A DNA stretch of 64,000 nucleotides from Macrostomum lignano (GCA_002269645.1 NIVC01001040.1:65769-129768), one strand, 5' to 3'; positions 23,501-39,230 are shown, counted from the stretch's first letter. The notes: generated from the letters alone by a model not told the origin. Translations and numbers: made by a program.

Positions 23501-23558
23501 GATTTAGGGTGAGGAGCAGGGAGAGAGACAGGCTGAGATGTAGGGTGAGAGGCAGGGC
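17596..23558. repeat. 36-bp G-rich minisatellite (gggcagggagagagacaggctgggatgtagggtgag), ~165 copies with higher-order variant blocks
   Basis: Direct periodicity; gives the RGRERDRLGCRV repeat ORFs. Confidence 0.97.
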
Positions 23559-23952
23559 TGGCAAAATACCTTCCAAAATACCTTCAAAATCGCCAATAAA
23601 ACAGCTGCCATCAATCCAATCACTTCATGACTTCATAACTTGCATCACTTCTTGGCTTTCGTAGGCATATAGTCGTTCAGTTCAAAAATAGTTTTAAATC
23701 TCCGCAAACAATATCGCTTACAATACGCTACTCATAGTACTCATAAGAATACCATTTGCCGTTAAAGAGAAGAGCAGCTAGATGGATTTTTTCCAGAAAT
23801 TCGTTTGCACCTGAAGATTCGCTTTGCTGGAGTTTTTTACTCAAAAGCGAATGACAAAACTCTTACACTGCCGTGAGTCGTGCCTCGGCTCTCGGGGTGG
23901 GCGCTCAGTTTTTGAATTTTCCAGCGTCTCCGATGCACCTCACTCTGCATCT

Positions 23953-25213
<1,261 letters not shown>

Positions 25214-25959
25214 CTGCCCAGCTTGTGTTTTGTTGCGCACCTGTAAGAATTCAATTTTATTGCACACTCGAGTCCGCCTCTCCATCGGTTTCATTGTCCG
25301 CATTTGGCTTGTAAAAAACTGGCTTCTCAAGCAGCTGATTGCATTTTATAGCAAATGCTCGCTCAGCTCGAGTTTTGTTTAGCTGCGAGCTTGAGCAGTC
25401 CTGCTCACAGGGCTCTCTTCGCCAGCTGCATGAGCACGCATATCAACTGACAGAATTCAGCAATCCACCCTCGCTTTGGCCCACTGATGTTCCACACTTC
25501 TTTATATTTTTGCCTCCAAGAAGTCCAAAAGCAACAGCCAATCAGATTTTGTTGCCGATGCGCAGATTTTTAGTGGCGATAAAAGTGAAAATTGAATACT
25601 GATTTATTATTTCGAAAACGTTGGACTAACCTTAGAAAATGAGAAACAGTCCATCACAGGCGCGTGTGGTTGGTGCTGACTCACACAGCCATCCTTCAGG
25701 TAGCTGACTGCTCACACAGTCAGTGCAATTACATGTACATTATTTATCCGGTGCAACACACTGACTCAGCAGTTCAGCATTAATAATCTAGTTTTTCATC
25801 TGCATTGCTCAAATAAAAGTATTGCTGTTTCAATGTTTCTGCCAGATCACCAATGGATGACAATGCAGAGCAGCAAATGTAAAGTATGTGCATTTGAGCA
25901 TAAAGTTCTCGGCTGGTGTTTGTCTTTGCTGTTTTGTTCGTGGTTTGGAATCTCAGATT

Positions 25960-27335
25960 CGTGCTCATGTGCCATGACTAATATCTCATGCACACAGCCA
26001 TTGCTCATGTGCCATGACCCATATCTCATGCACACAGCCATTGCTCATGTGCCATGACTAATATCTCATGCACACAGACATTGCTCATGTGCCATGACTA
26101 ATATCTCATGCACACAGACATTGCTCATGTGCCATGACTAATATCTCATGCACACAGACATTGCTCATGTGCCATGACTAATATCTCATGCACACAGCCA
26201 TTTCTCATGTGCCATGACTAATATCTCATGCACACAGACATTGCTCATGTGCCATGACCCATATCTCATGCACACAGCCATTGCTCATGTGCCATGACCC
26301 ATATCTCATGCACACAGCCATTGCTCATGTGCCATAACTAATATCTCATGCACACAGCCATTGCTCATGTGCCATGACCCATATCTCATGCACACAGCCA
26401 TTTCTCATGTGCAATGACCCATATCTCATGCACACAGCCATTGCTCATGTGCCATAACTAATATCTCATGCACACAGCCATTGCTCATGTGCCATGACCC
26501 ATATCTCATGCACACAGCCATTGCTCATGTGCCATGACCCATATCTCATGCACACAGCCATTGCTCATGTGCCATGACCCATATCTCATGCACACAGCCA
26601 TTTCTCATGTGCAATGACCCATATCTCATGCACACAGCCATTGCTCATGTGCCATAACTAATATCTCATGCACACAGCCATTGCTCATGTGCCATGACCC
26701 ATATCTCATGCACACAGCCATTGCTCATGTGCCATGACTAATATCTCATGCACACAGCCATTGCTCAAGTGCCATAACTAATATCTCATGCACACAGCCA
26801 TTTCTCATGTGCCATGACCCATATCTCATGCACACAGCCATTGCTCATGTGCCATGACCCATATCTCATGCACACAGCCATTTCTCATGTGCAATGACCC
26901 ATATCTCATGCACACAGCCATTGCTCATGTGCCATAACTAATATCTCATGCACACAGCCATTGCTCATGTGCCATGACCCATATCTCATGCACACAGCCA
27001 TTGCTCATGTGCCATGACCCATATCTCATGCACACAGCCATTGCTCATGTGCCATGACTAATATCTCATGCACACAGCCATTGCTCATGTGCCATGACCC
27101 ATATCTCATGCACACAGCCATTGCTCATGTGCCATAACTAATATCTCATGCACACAGCCATTGCTCATGTGCCATGACCCATATCTCATGCACACAGCCA
27201 TTGCTCATGTGCTATGACCCATATCTCATGCACACAGCCATTTCTCATGTGCAATGACCCATATCTCATGCACACAGCCATTGCTCATGTGCCATGACAC
27301 ATATCTCATGCACACAGCCATTGCTCATGTGCCAT
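25960..27335. repeat. 40-bp minisatellite (atatctcatgcacacagccattgctcatgtgccatgaccc), ~34 copies
   Basis: Direct periodicity. Confidence 0.96.
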
Positions 27336-27389
27336 AACCATCTGATTGTCTCTATTGTGTTTCTCCAACCATCTCCCTTTTACACACCC

Positions 27390-27690
27390 CTCCCACCCAT
27401 CCCCCTCTCACCTATCCCCCTCTCACCCATCCCCCTCTCACCCATCCCCCTCTCACCCATCCCCCTCTCACCCATCCCCTCTCACCCATCCCCCTCTCAC
27501 CCATCCCCCTCTCATCCTCCCCCTCTCGCCAGCTTCTCTATTCTCCATCAGATCCCAGCTCAGTTTCTCTATTCTCCATCAGATCCCAGCTCAGCTTCTC
27601 TATTCTCCATCAGATTCCAGCTCACCTTCTCTGTTCTCCATCAGATCCCTGCTTAGCTTCTCTATTCTCCATCAGATCCCAGCTCAGACC
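27390..27690. repeat. Adjacent 15-bp (cccatccccctctca) and 31-bp (agcttctctattctccatcagatcccagctc) short arrays
   Basis: Direct periodicity; the paralogous arrays are at ~53915-54135. Confidence 0.88.
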
Positions 27691-30609
27691 CAAAAAACGC
27701 TTGTTTTCTCCTGTTTTGAGAAAGCTAAAAAAGCTAAAAGTGCAGCTGGCCGCCAGCCCAGCCAGCGGGGGGGGGGGGGCAGGCAGGGTGCTCAAGCACA
27801 ATGCAGTCTCCATTGTGCAAGGCTGGGGCTGCAACTCATTCGGGAGCAGCCGCCACTGCAGCCTCAGACAGCTCAGGTTTGCGCTGCTCATCTCTGCAGC
27901 CTCATCGCTAATTGAATCTCCAACCTTCATCTGGAACGGCCCCACCCAGCTCAGCACTCGCAGTGCGACAGTCTGGCGTGATAAAAGCAGCCGGCAAAGA
28001 GAAAACTGCTCGAGTTCGCAATCACCCCATACTGGCCTGTCGAACCACCCAACCCCCCCCCCGCAACCCCTGCCTGAGACAAACAAGTCCAGCTACAATG
28101 CAACTCCACTCAGCTCACTGCTCAAAACAGATCGAGCGCTGCACTGCTGGTTGCCCCCCAGAGTCTGCCAAACTGCAGGGAGGCTGGCAGAGCGGTGCGT
28201 GGCCTGAGAATAGCGAGCGAGCAGAGATAATTACTGCTTGAGGTTGAGCTGGCCTTTCTAACCACCCGCTCCCTACGGCTCAAGACTGCGTTTTGTCATA
28301 AATAAGGCATTGTTGCCATGCTCGAATCTCAGAATTTGATGGCTCTCAGGCCATTCAGTGCGGCTCAAAGCCTGTCTGTTGCTGCTGGCTGCAGGTGGCA
28401 GGAGTGCAAAATGCAGTGAGTTGCTGCGGCCGAGAGCTGGACAGAATTGAGATGGGCTGCCAGAGCTCGGCTGCACTTTAATAATAAACAACTGATGAAG
28501 CCCGAGACTGCAATTGAGGGTCTGAGCAGCTGCCTCTTGCGAAAAATTTATACATGTACTGTGGTTCGATTCTGTGCGATTGGCCTGAGGCGATTCCCAG
28601 CCCAGCCATGAAGGCCAACTTCTTAGGCACTCTGGTACAATGGGTTGGTTTTTAATGGAGCTGAACCAATACCAACTAAAATCACTGTACTAATCAGCAT
28701 ACCTGTACACTATGCGGACAATGCGATAGGATTTCAAGGATTGCTTTTTGGACTTCTGCTGGGTCACAGATTCATGGGAAATCAGTAGTTTCCAGGGCAT
28801 ATCAGTAGTCTTCACAAGATGCGTGGGCCCACAGGTAAGCAAATTTAGCAGGTATCGAGTAGGCTGAGCAATGGCTGGAGGTGCGATAATGCGGTTCCGG
28901 CTGGTTGCAGTGATAAGCAATGGTACAGTAGAAAATATTTTAAACTCTGTTGCTTGCTCCATTTTCAGCAGGGCTTATTGATCCTCGCTGCTCTCCGTGC
29001 CTGCTTATCTACATAACCGAGCTTCAAACTCGGTGACCGCGTGCCTGCCCAGAGCTGAGCAAAACTATTTGAGCGGGAAAAGTGAGCAACAACTGCATCG
29101 GTCCCTGCACACCAGTGCCTCACCTCCAGTCAGCCGGGTTTGCCATCCCAACAGACTGCACCCAAAACAGGGCGGCTCACACCTCAGGCCCGCGCACTGG
29201 TCCCTCCTACCGGGGTACCGGGTGCCTGTGCCGCCTACGGCCCCTCGGTCTCTCCTCCAGCCTTCTGTCACTAGCGGACACAAAAGTTGCAGCCAACAAG
29301 GGGTCGCACCCACCTTCCTGCCGCTGCCGTGACGCGAACTCGAGTGAGTTCCAACATTCAGATAGCAGAGTGGCGTTCCGTGGTCGCCGCAGTGCTGCTC
29401 CGTCTGCCGCCTCCTCACCTCGAGGTGGCTTTTCCCAAGGGCGAACGGATTCCGCCCCCAAGAGCCGTGGTGTCGGGTTGCTGACGCCTTCGGGGGTACT
29501 CTCAAAGGGGTAACCATTGTCTTACGCTTGACCAGCATGCTTGACTCCCCTAAGAGCTGGCATGCTTCGCCTTCTAAGGTGACTATCTAACACTAGCAAG
29601 CAACTTTAATTAAGCAAACAGTTTTCAACTTTACTCTTTTTTGTTTATTTACTGAATTTTTCTGAATAGAGCAATTTTAATGCCATCAGTCGGTGCACAT
29701 GGCTGGATTTGGTAGGCCTTTTTGCCTTAATTTTAGCGGACAGCACCTGGGATCAAGTCAACAGGTCCTTTGCTGTGCCACATGACAAGGCTGATTCCTA
29801 TAGCCGAGCCACAACGTCTCAAACATCCGGTTCTGTTGACGCCAGCACCCTACTAGCCCTGCGTGATGCTGTCTAGTCCGCTCTCTCACACTGTATGACT
29901 GCCTCGCAGACATCGCAGTCCAGAGTTTTCATCGTGGACTCCGTCTGACGAGGCAACCAGACAGCGGTTGAAATTGACATCGCCTGCATGTGCACCGATG
30001 TGTCTACATAATTCAATATTTTACAATTTAATTTAAACTAATGAATACAGTAATCGATACATTTCACTGCAACTCAGCCTCTGCCGCATGTCATCCTCCA
30101 GCTCTTGTCTTTTGCCGCTCATGTCCTCTTGGTTGGAAAAACTGGTGTTTTCTAAGAAATGCTTGTCCAGACTCCGGAAAGTCAGGCAACCAGCATGTAT
30201 AGGCGGTTTTTCGTGGGTCGGAATGGGCGGTGATCGTTGCACCTCCTTTTACTTTCAGTATGTGCAGACCAAGTCTTATAACTGCAATGGCTCCATTGTT
30301 CGGGCGCAAGTTGAAAGTTTATCTTCTTTTCCGCGCTCATATTTGTGCTCAGTCGCTTTATTCGAAACCTGCACAATAGCAAGAAGGTTAGAGAACTACG
30401 CAATAGCAACTACTTGAGTGAAAAAATGAACGCCTGTACGCCAGTTCCATGTGAACACGGCTGGATCGGACCCGGCCGTCGTGCATCATCGTTGATGCTG
30501 CTGCTGATGGTTGTGTGAGCCGAGCTACGTTGGGTGCCTTAGACAAAGGCAGCGTCCGCAGCGTTGGGGCCTACTTCTTAGCTTTGGTCCCCTTCGCTCC
30601 AGGCTCACA

Positions 30610-31930
30610 TTGGGTCTGGGACTGGGGCTGGGACTGGGACTTGGACTTGGACTGGGGCTAGGAATGGGGCTGGGACTGGAACTGGGACTGGGACTTAGAC
30701 TGGGACTGGGAATGGGGCTGGGAATGGGGCTGGGACTGGGACTTGGACTGGGACTGGGACTGGGGCTGGGAATGGGGCTGGGAATGGGGCTTGGACTGGG
30801 GCTGGAAATGGGGCTGGGAATGGGGCTGGGACTGGGGCTTGGACTGAGGCTGGGACTAGGGCTAGGAATGGGACTGGGAATGGGGCTTGGACTGGGGCTG
30901 GGACTGGGGCTGGGAATGGGGCTGGGACTGGGACTTAGACTGGGACTGGGAATGGGGCTGGGAATGGGGCTGGGACTGGGACTTGGACTGGGACTGGGAC
31001 TGGGGCTGGGAATGGGGCTGGGAATGGGGCTTGGACTGGGGCTGGAAATGGGGCTGGGAATGGGGCTGGGACTGGGGCTTGGACTGAGGCTGGGACTAGG
31101 GCTGGGAATGGGACTGGGAATGGGGCTTGGACTGGGGCTGGGACTGGGGCTGGGAATGGGGCTGGGACTGGGACTTCGACTGGGACTGGGACTGGGGCTG
31201 GGAATGGGGTTGGGAATGGGGCTTGGACTGGGGCTGGGAATGGGGCTTGGACTGGGACTTCGACTGGGACTGGGACTGGGGCTGGGAATGGGGCTTGGAC
31301 TGGGGCTGGGAATGGGGCTTGGACTGGGACTTGGACTGGGACTGGGACTGGGGCTGGGAATGGGGCTGGGAATGGGGCTTGGACTTGGGCTGGAAATGGG
31401 GCTGGGAATGGGGCTGGGACTGGGGCTTGGACTGGGGCTGGGACTGGGGCTGGGACTGGGACTGGGAATGGGGCTTGGACTGGGGCTGGGACTGGGGCTG
31501 GGAATGGGGCTGGGAATGGGACTGGGAATAGGGCTGGGACTGGGACTTGGACTGGGACTGGGACTGGGGCTGGGAATGGGGCTGGGAATGGGCTGGGACT
31601 GGGACTTGGACTGGGACTGGGACTGGGACTGGGACTGGGGCTGGGAATGGGGCTGGGAATGGGACTGGGAATGGGGCTGGGACTGGGACTTGGACTGGGA
31701 CTGGGACTGGGGCTGGGAATGGGGCTGGGAATGGGCTTGGACTGGGGCTGGGAATGGGGCTGGGACTGGGGCTGGGAATGGGGCTGGGAATGGGGCTGGG
31801 ACTGGGGCTGGAATGGGGCTTGGACTGGGGTTGGGAATGGGGCTGGGATTGGGAATGGGGCTGGGGCCGGGGCTGGGAATGGGGCTGGGACTGAGGCTGG
31901 GACTGGGGCTGGGAATGGGGCTGAGGCCGG
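30610..31930. repeat. G-rich hexamer-based array (gggact/ggggct/ggaatg)n
   Basis: 6-nt periodicity of GGG runs; gives the (GL)n repeat ORFs. Confidence 0.95.
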
Positions 31931-32579
31931 GGCTAATAAAGACTTGTTTTCTCCAGTTTCTAGAAAGCTAAATAGGCTAAAAGTGCAGCTGGCCGGCAGC
32001 CCAGCCTCCGCCCGTCATCTCTGAGCACAAAAGCGAAGGTGCAGTGAGGGGAAGGCAGGGTGCTCAAGCACAATGCAGAGTCTCCATTGTGCAAGGCTGG
32101 GGCTGAAAATCATTCGGGAGCAGCCGCCAGTGCAGCCTCCGACAGCTCAGCATCTCTGCAGCCTCATCGCTAATTAAATCTCGCTTTTGCAATGACCTTG
32201 ATTCTCAGTGCCCCTGATATGTCATGCTGTCAAGAGCTGCATTTTCTGAACAGCTGCTGTGTACTGCTGGGATTCGACAGCTCAGCCCCATCTCACTCTG
32301 CATCATTTAGAGCTGCTAGCCTCCTCTCTGCAGAGGCCCTGAGCAGCTCATTGTGCCACCGTACTGACCGCCTTTGTCTCTCATGAAATGCTGAATTACT
32401 TGGCAACTCCTTTGCACCTCATCTTCTCAGCTGCCCGCTTCGGACTGCCTTAGGCTTGGGGTGGGCGCTCAGCCTCGAGTCTCTCAGCATCTCCGCAAAG
32501 CACTGCTCACTGGCCTCTCAGCTCTTGGGTGGTCTGTCTTTCACCTGCATGCACAAGCTCTGTTTATCAGCCACCTGAA

Positions 32580-34652
32580 AGAGACAGGCTGGGATGAAGG
32601 GTGAGCGGCAGGGAGGGAGACAGGCTGGGATGTAGGGTGAGGGGCAGGGAGGGAGACAGGCTGGGATGTAGGGTGAGGGGCAGGGAGAGAGACAGGCTGG
32701 GATGAAGGGTGAGGGGCAGGGAGGGAGACAGGCTGGGATGTAGGGTGAGGGGCAGGGAGGGAGACAGGCTGGGATGTAGGGTGAGGGGCAGGGAGGGAGA
32801 CAGGCTGGGATGTAGGGTGAGGGGCAGGGAGAGAGACAGGCTGGGATGAAGGGTGAGGGGCAGGGAGGGAGACAGGCTGGGATGTAGGGTGAGGGGCAGG
32901 GAGGGAGACAGGCTGGGATGTAGGGTGAGGGGCAGGGAGAGAGACAAGCTGGTATGTAGGGTGAGGGACAGTATGAGAGACAGGCTGGGATGTAGGGTGA
33001 GGGACAGTATGAGAGACAGGCTGGGATGTAGGGTGAGGGGCGGGGAGATACAGGCTGGGATGTAGGGTGAGGGGCAGGGAGATACAGGCTGGGATGTAGG
33101 GTGAGGGGCAGGGAGAGAGACAGGCTGGGATGTAGGGTGAGGGGCAGGGAGAGAGACAGGCTCGGATGTAGGGTGAGGGGCGGGGAGAGAGACAGGCTGG
33201 GATGTAGGGTGAGGGGCAGAGAGGGAGACAGGCTGGGATGTAGGGTGAGGGGCAGGGAGAGAGACAGGCTGGGATGTAGAGTGAGGGGCAGGGAGAGAGA
33301 CAGGCTGGGATGCAGGGTGAGGGACAAGAAGAGATAGGCTGGGATGCAGTGTGAGGGACAAGAAGAGATAGGCTGGGATGTAGGGTGAGGGGCAGGGAGG
33401 GAGAAAGGCTGGGATGTAGGGTGAGGGGCAGGGAGAGAGACAGGCTGGGATGTAGGGTGAGGGGCAGGGAGAGAGACAGGCTGGGATGTAGGGTAAGGGG
33501 CAGGGAGAGAGACAGGCTGGGATGCAGGGTGAGGGACAAGAAGAGATAGGCTGGGATGCAGGGTGAGGGACAAGAAGAGATAGGCTGGGATGTAGGGTGA
33601 GGGGCAGGGAGAGAGACAGGCTGGGATGTAGGGTGAGGGGCAGGGAGAGAGACAGGCTGGGATGTAGAGTGAGGGGCAGGGAGAGAGACAGGCTGGGATG
33701 TAGGGTGAGGGACAAGAAGAGATAGGCTGGGATGTAGGGTGAGGAGCAGGGAGGGAGACAGGCTGGGATTTAGGGTGAGGGGCAGGGAGAGAGACAGGCT
33801 GGGATTTAGGGTGAGAGGCAGGGAGAGAGACAGGCTGGGATGTAGGGTGAGGGGCAGGGAGAGAGACAGGCTGGGATTTAGGGTGAGAGGCAGGGAGAGA
33901 GACAGGCTGGGATGTAGGGTGAGGGGCAGGGAGAGAGACAGGCTGGGATGTAGGGTGAGGGGCAGGAAGGGAGACAGGCTGGGATGTAGGGTGAGGGGCA
34001 GGGAGGGAGACAGGCTGGGATGTAGGGTGAGGGGCAGGGAGGGAGACAGGCTGGGATGCAGGGTGAGGGACAGGGAGAGAGACAGGCTGGGATGTAGGGT
34101 GAGGGACAGGGAGAGAGACAGGCTGGGATGTAGGGTGAGGGGCAGGGAGAGAGACAGGCTGGGATGTAGGGTGAGCGGCAGGGAGAGAGACAGGCTGGGA
34201 TGTAGGGTGAGGGGCAGGAAGGGAGACAGGCTGGGATGTAGGGTGAGGGGCAGGGAGAGAGACAGGCTGGGATGCAGGGTGAGGGACAGGGAGAGAGACA
34301 GGCTGGGATGTAGGGTGAGGGACAGGGAGAGAGACAGGCTGGGATGTAGGGTGAGGGACAGGGAGAGAGACAGGCTGGGATGTAGGGTGAGGGGCAGGGA
34401 GAGAGACAGGCTGGGATGCAGGGTGAGGGGCAGGAAGGGAGACAGGCTGGGATGTAGGGTGAGGGGCAGGGAGGGAGACAGGCTGGGATGTAGGGTGAGG
34501 GGCAGGGAGAGAGACAGGCTGGGATGTAGGGTGAGGGGCAGGAAGGGAGACAGGCTGGGATGTAGGGTGAGGGACAGGGAGAGAGACAGGCTGGGATGCA
34601 GGGTGAGGGGCAGAGAGGGAGACAGGCTGGGATGTAGGGTGAGGGGCAGGGT
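32580..34652. repeat. Second array of the 36-bp G-rich minisatellite, ~57 copies
   Basis: Same unit as 17596-23558. Confidence 0.96.
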
Positions 34653-35330
34653 TAGTCGCCGGCCCATGGGAGGGGCCAATTTCGATACTGCATGGTTGGA
34701 CACCCACAAAAACTCCAAGAAACATGAAAAAGCGCATAAAACCCGGTACGGCAGCTGCCAGCAATCTCTATGCATCGCTTCTTTGGCTCTCGCGGATATA
34801 CGAGTATAATCTGCCAATCTAAAAATATTTTTAATCTCCGCAAACAATATCGCTTACAGTAAGCTACTCATAAGACTGGTGCGGCAAGCATATCCTTGTT
34901 GTAAAAGAGAATACCCGTATAGCATATTAGGAAAATGTATTGCCAACTGCTCATCAAGGAGTCACCAAGCAACAATCAATCCGAATTGGTTTGCGATGTG
35001 AAGTTTTTCAGTGGCGATAAAACTGTAATAAATAGTAATTTATTAGTTAGAAAACTTTTGAATAATCACAGGGTAAAAAACTGAACGAAAAGAAAAAATA
35101 TTATAAGAAAAAAAGTTCACATTAATTAAGTAAGGTTAAACAAATCAACTTTAGTAGACATGGGACAATTAGATTAAAGTGCACTTGAGCAGAAGGGGCC
35201 AAAAATTAACGTAATTGAGAATGGTAAAGCAGATCCACTTAAGTAAGCATCGGAGCCGAATACCAGCTACCAGCATACGGTGGGTTTGAGCTGAAGGCCA
35301 TGGAAACACAGCAGTCAAGAGAAGCATAAT

Positions 35331-35760
35331 ACTGAGTTGGTTAAACTGTGCTCAGTAAGCCTCAGTTGGTTAAACTGTGCTCAGTAAGCCTGAGTTGATT
35401 AAACTGTGCTCAGTAAGCCTGAGTTGGTTAAACTGTGCTCAGTAAGCCTGAGTTGATTAAACTGTGCTCAGTAAGCCTGAGTTGGTTAAACTGTGCTCAG
35501 TAAGCCTGAGTTGATTAAACTGTGCTCAGTAAGCCTGAGTTGGTTAAACTGTGCTCAGTAAGCCTGAGTTGATTAAACTGTGCTCAGTAAGCCTGAGTTG
35601 GTTAAACTGTGCTCAGTAAGCCTGAGTTGGTTAAACTGTGCTAAATAAGACTGAGTTGGTTAAACTGTGCTCAGTAAGCCTGAGTTGATTAAACTGTGCT
35701 CAGTAAGCCTGAGTTGGTTAAACTGTGCTCAGTAAGCCTGAGTTGGTTAAACTGTGCTCA
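35331..35760. repeat. 29-bp minisatellite, ~15 copies
   Basis: Same unit as 5557-5760. Confidence 0.95.
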
Positions 35761-35955
35761 CAGATTGTCATTCTGAGTTGGTATCGATTTTTTAATCAAT
35801 GCAATCTGGAGACTGTGCAGAATGTCATCGAATAATTTTGATGGCACGGCAACTCTACAATTATGAGATTATGAGGTCCATGTTTATTGTTAATTTACTT
35901 GGATGCCTTTGATTAATTTATAACAAATCGTTCGTTTAGCATTTAGGCATTGATT

Positions 35956-36410
35956 TAGGTCATAGACAATTGCGGTCATACCCAGTAGGTCATAGACAAT
36001 TGCGTTCATGCTCAGTAGGTCATAGACAATTGCGTTCATGCTCAGTAGGTCATAGACAATTGCGTTCATGCTCAGTAGGTCATAGACAATTGCGGTCATC
36101 CTCAGTAGGTCATAGACAATTGCGGTCATACTCAGTAGGTCATCAGACAATTGCGGTCATGCTCAGTAGGTCATAGGCAATTGCGGTCATACTCAGTAGG
36201 TCATCAGACAATTGCGGTCATGCTCAGTAGGTCATAGACAATTGCGGTCATGCTCAGTAGGTCATAGACAATCGCGGTCATGCTCAGTAGGTCATAGACA
36301 ATTGCGGTTATGCTCAGTAGGTCATAGACAATCGCGGTCATACTCAGTAGGTCATAGACAATTGCGGTCATGCTCAGTGGGTCATAGACAATTAGGGTCA
36401 TACTCAGTAC
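35956..36410. repeat. 30-bp minisatellite, ~15 copies
   Basis: Same unit as 5937-6420. Confidence 0.95.
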
Positions 36411-36749
36411 ATGTAGATCATAGACAATCATGATCACAACTCGTACATGTAGGGTAGCTGTGAAGAATCGGTCATAAACAGTACATGAATTCAACGATCA
36501 AAATTAACAATAGCATGAAGCCTACGAACCCCTTTTACCTTCTATTCTACGCCCTTTCCCCTGATCTTACCCTCACCAGAATCTCACCCGAGTTTCACCA
36601 GAATCTCACAAAGATGGGGACAAAGCGACATGACATGCATGAATTAATAATTCTCCGATGTACGCCTGCATGCAGCCTACCAGAAAATTATGATAACTTT
36701 GCTGGATATGAGAGGGTAGAGAGAAGAGTAAAGAAGACTGTCATATCAA

Positions 36750-38560
36750 ACAGGAAATTCCCGTGTCTAACAGGAGACTCCCATGTCTAACAGGAGACTC
36801 CCATGTCTAACAGGAGACTCCCATGTCTAACAGGAGACTCCCATGTCTAACAGGAGACTCCCATGTCTAACAGGAGACTCTCATGTCTAACAGGAGACTC
36901 CCATGTCTAACAGGAGACTCTCATGTCTAACAGGAGACTCCCATGTCTAACAGAAGACTCCCATGTTTAACAGGAGACTCCCATGTCTAACAGGAGACTC
37001 CCATGTCTAACAGGAGACTCCCATGTCTAACAGGAGACTGCCATGTCTAACAGGAGACTCCCATGTCTAACAGGAGACTCCCATGTCTAACAGGAGACTC
37101 CCATGTCTAGCAGGAGACTCCCATGTCTAACAGGAGACTGCCATGTCTAACAGGAGACTGCCATGTCTAACAGGAGACTCCCATGTCTAACAAGAGACTC
37201 CCATGTCTAACAGGAGACTCCCATGTCTAACAGGAGACTCCCATGTCTAACAGGAGACTCCCATGTCTAACAGGAGACTCTCATGTCTAACAGGAGACTG
37301 CTATGTCTAACAGGAGACTCCCATGTCTAACAGGAGACTCCCATGTCTAACAGGAGACTCCCATGTCTAACAGGAGACTCCCATGTCTAACAGGAGACTC
37401 CCATGTCTAACAGGAGACTCCCATGTCTAACAGGAGACTGCCATGTCTAACAGGAGACTGCCATGTCTAACAGGAGACTCCCATGTCTAACAGGAGACTC
37501 CCATGTCTAACAGGAGACTGCCATGTCTAACAGGAGACTCCCATGTCTAACAAGAGGCTCCCATGTCTAACAGGAGACTCCCATGTCTAACAGGAGACTC
37601 CCATGTCTAACAGGAGACTCCCATGTCTAACAGGAGACTCTCATGTCTAACAGGAGACTCCCATGTCTAACAGGAGACTCCCATGTCTAACAGGAGACTC
37701 CCATGTCTAACAGGAGACTCCCATGTCTAGCAGGAGACTCCCGATCCCATGTCTAACAGGAGACTCCCATGTCTAACAGGAGACTCCCATGTCTAACAGG
37801 AGACTCCCATGTCTAAAGGAGACTCCCATGTCTAACAGGAGACTCCCATGTCTAACAGGAGACTGCCATGTCTAACAGGAGACTCCCATGTCTAACAGGA
37901 GACTCCCATGTCTAACAGGAGACTCCCATGTCTAACAGGAGACTGCCATGTCTAACAGGAGACTCCCATGTCTAACAAGAGGCTCCCATGTCTAACAGGA
38001 GACTCTCATGTCTAACAGGAGACTCCCATGTCTAACAGGAGACTCCCATGTCCAACAGGAGACTCCCATGTCTAACAGGAGACTCCCATGTCTAACAGGA
38101 GACTCCCATGTCTAACAGGAGACTCCCATGTCTAACAGGAGACTCCCATGTCTAACAGGAGACTCCCATGTCTAACAGGAGACTCCCATGTCTAACAGGA
38201 GACTCCCATGTCTAACAGGAGACTCCCATGTCTAGCAGGAGACTCCTGATCCCATGTCTAACAGGAGACTGCCATGTCTAACAGGAGACTCCCATGTCTA
38301 ACAGGAGACTCCCATGTCTAACAGGAGACTCCCATGTCTAACAGGAGACTCCCATGTCTAACAGGAGACTCCCATGTCTAACAGGAGACTCCCATGTCTA
38401 ACAGGAGACTCCCATGTCTAACAGGAGACTCCCATGTCTAACAGGAGACTCCCATGTCTAACAGGAGACTCTCATGTCTAACAGGAGACTCCCATGTCTA
38501 ACAGGAGACTCCCATGTCTAACAGGAGACTCCCATGTCTAACAGGACACCATGTCTAACA
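36750..38560. repeat. 20-bp minisatellite (aacaggagactcccatgtct), ~90 copies
   Basis: Same unit as 6770-7120. Confidence 0.96.
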
Positions 38561-38980
38561 GCAAGAGTGTGCATTCAGTTTAAAACCATACTCTGCTATC
38601 TAGAGTAGTCTCAAAAGTGTTTTCCCACCAAATTCGGTCCAAACAAAAGCAGAAATGCGGTTCTATTCTCATTTTCCTGCTCAAAACAGCGGCTGAGGTG
38701 GCTGAGCAGCCCTCATGCCCGCCATTGTCTCAGTTCAATGCAATGCGAAGCCACTGCAAACACTTATTTATGTACATTTCACAGCGCACTGAGTGAGCAC
38801 AGACTCAAGTGTCTGCCAGCATCATTGATGCAGCATCAGCTGTTCAAAAGAGATGCACAGAATGGCTGATGCTCGTTTGAACACACTTTTGTGCAGATGA
38901 AGCAACAAGCAGCACCACCCAGCCTCCAGGTGAGCACATTGCTCATCTGTCCACAGACTCTCCGTGCTCGAGTCTCCCCC

Positions 38981-38994
38981 GTTGCCATGGCAAC
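38981..38994. promoter_or_regulatory. Perfect RFX X-box (copy of 7567-7580)
   Basis: GTTGCCATGGCAAC is retained although the flanks carry substitutions. Confidence 0.45.
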
Positions 38995-39230
38995 TGGAGC
39001 AGCTCTGCAGCGTCTCTGCAGTTAAGGGCTCTGCACATCTCTTTGCTCACTGCGTGAGGGGCCGAGCCGTGGGGCAGCCTCAGACTTCATGACACTCTGC
39101 AAGCCCTTTGAAAACAATGGCCAGCTTCACTGCATGCCTGCTTCATCAGCTCTGCCTTCCTCCCACTGTTGTGTGCATTGCACTGAGTGAGGCTCAGAAA
39201 TGATGCTGCGAAATATTGAAATATGAAATG

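Noticed and set aside
25240-25530. Candidate minus-strand exons (QKYKEVWNISGPKRGWIAEFCQLICVLMQLAKRAL / QMRTMKPMERRTRVCNKIEFLQ)
   Set aside because: Phases fit each other, but I found no consistent upstream or downstream exon and no recognisable family. Left uncalled pending RNA-seq.
29935-29990. Hammerhead-like core CTGACGA-ggcaacc...ggttg-AAA
   Set aside because: Stem II does not close before GAAA, and I could not pair stems I and III. An Infernal search against Rfam hammerhead models would be needed.
28860-30420. Short ORFs conserved between units (e.g. 30033-30242 RQELEDDMRQRL; 55301-55762)
   Set aside because: Conservation reflects recent duplication. Some frames carry stops in one copy and no domain is recognisable.
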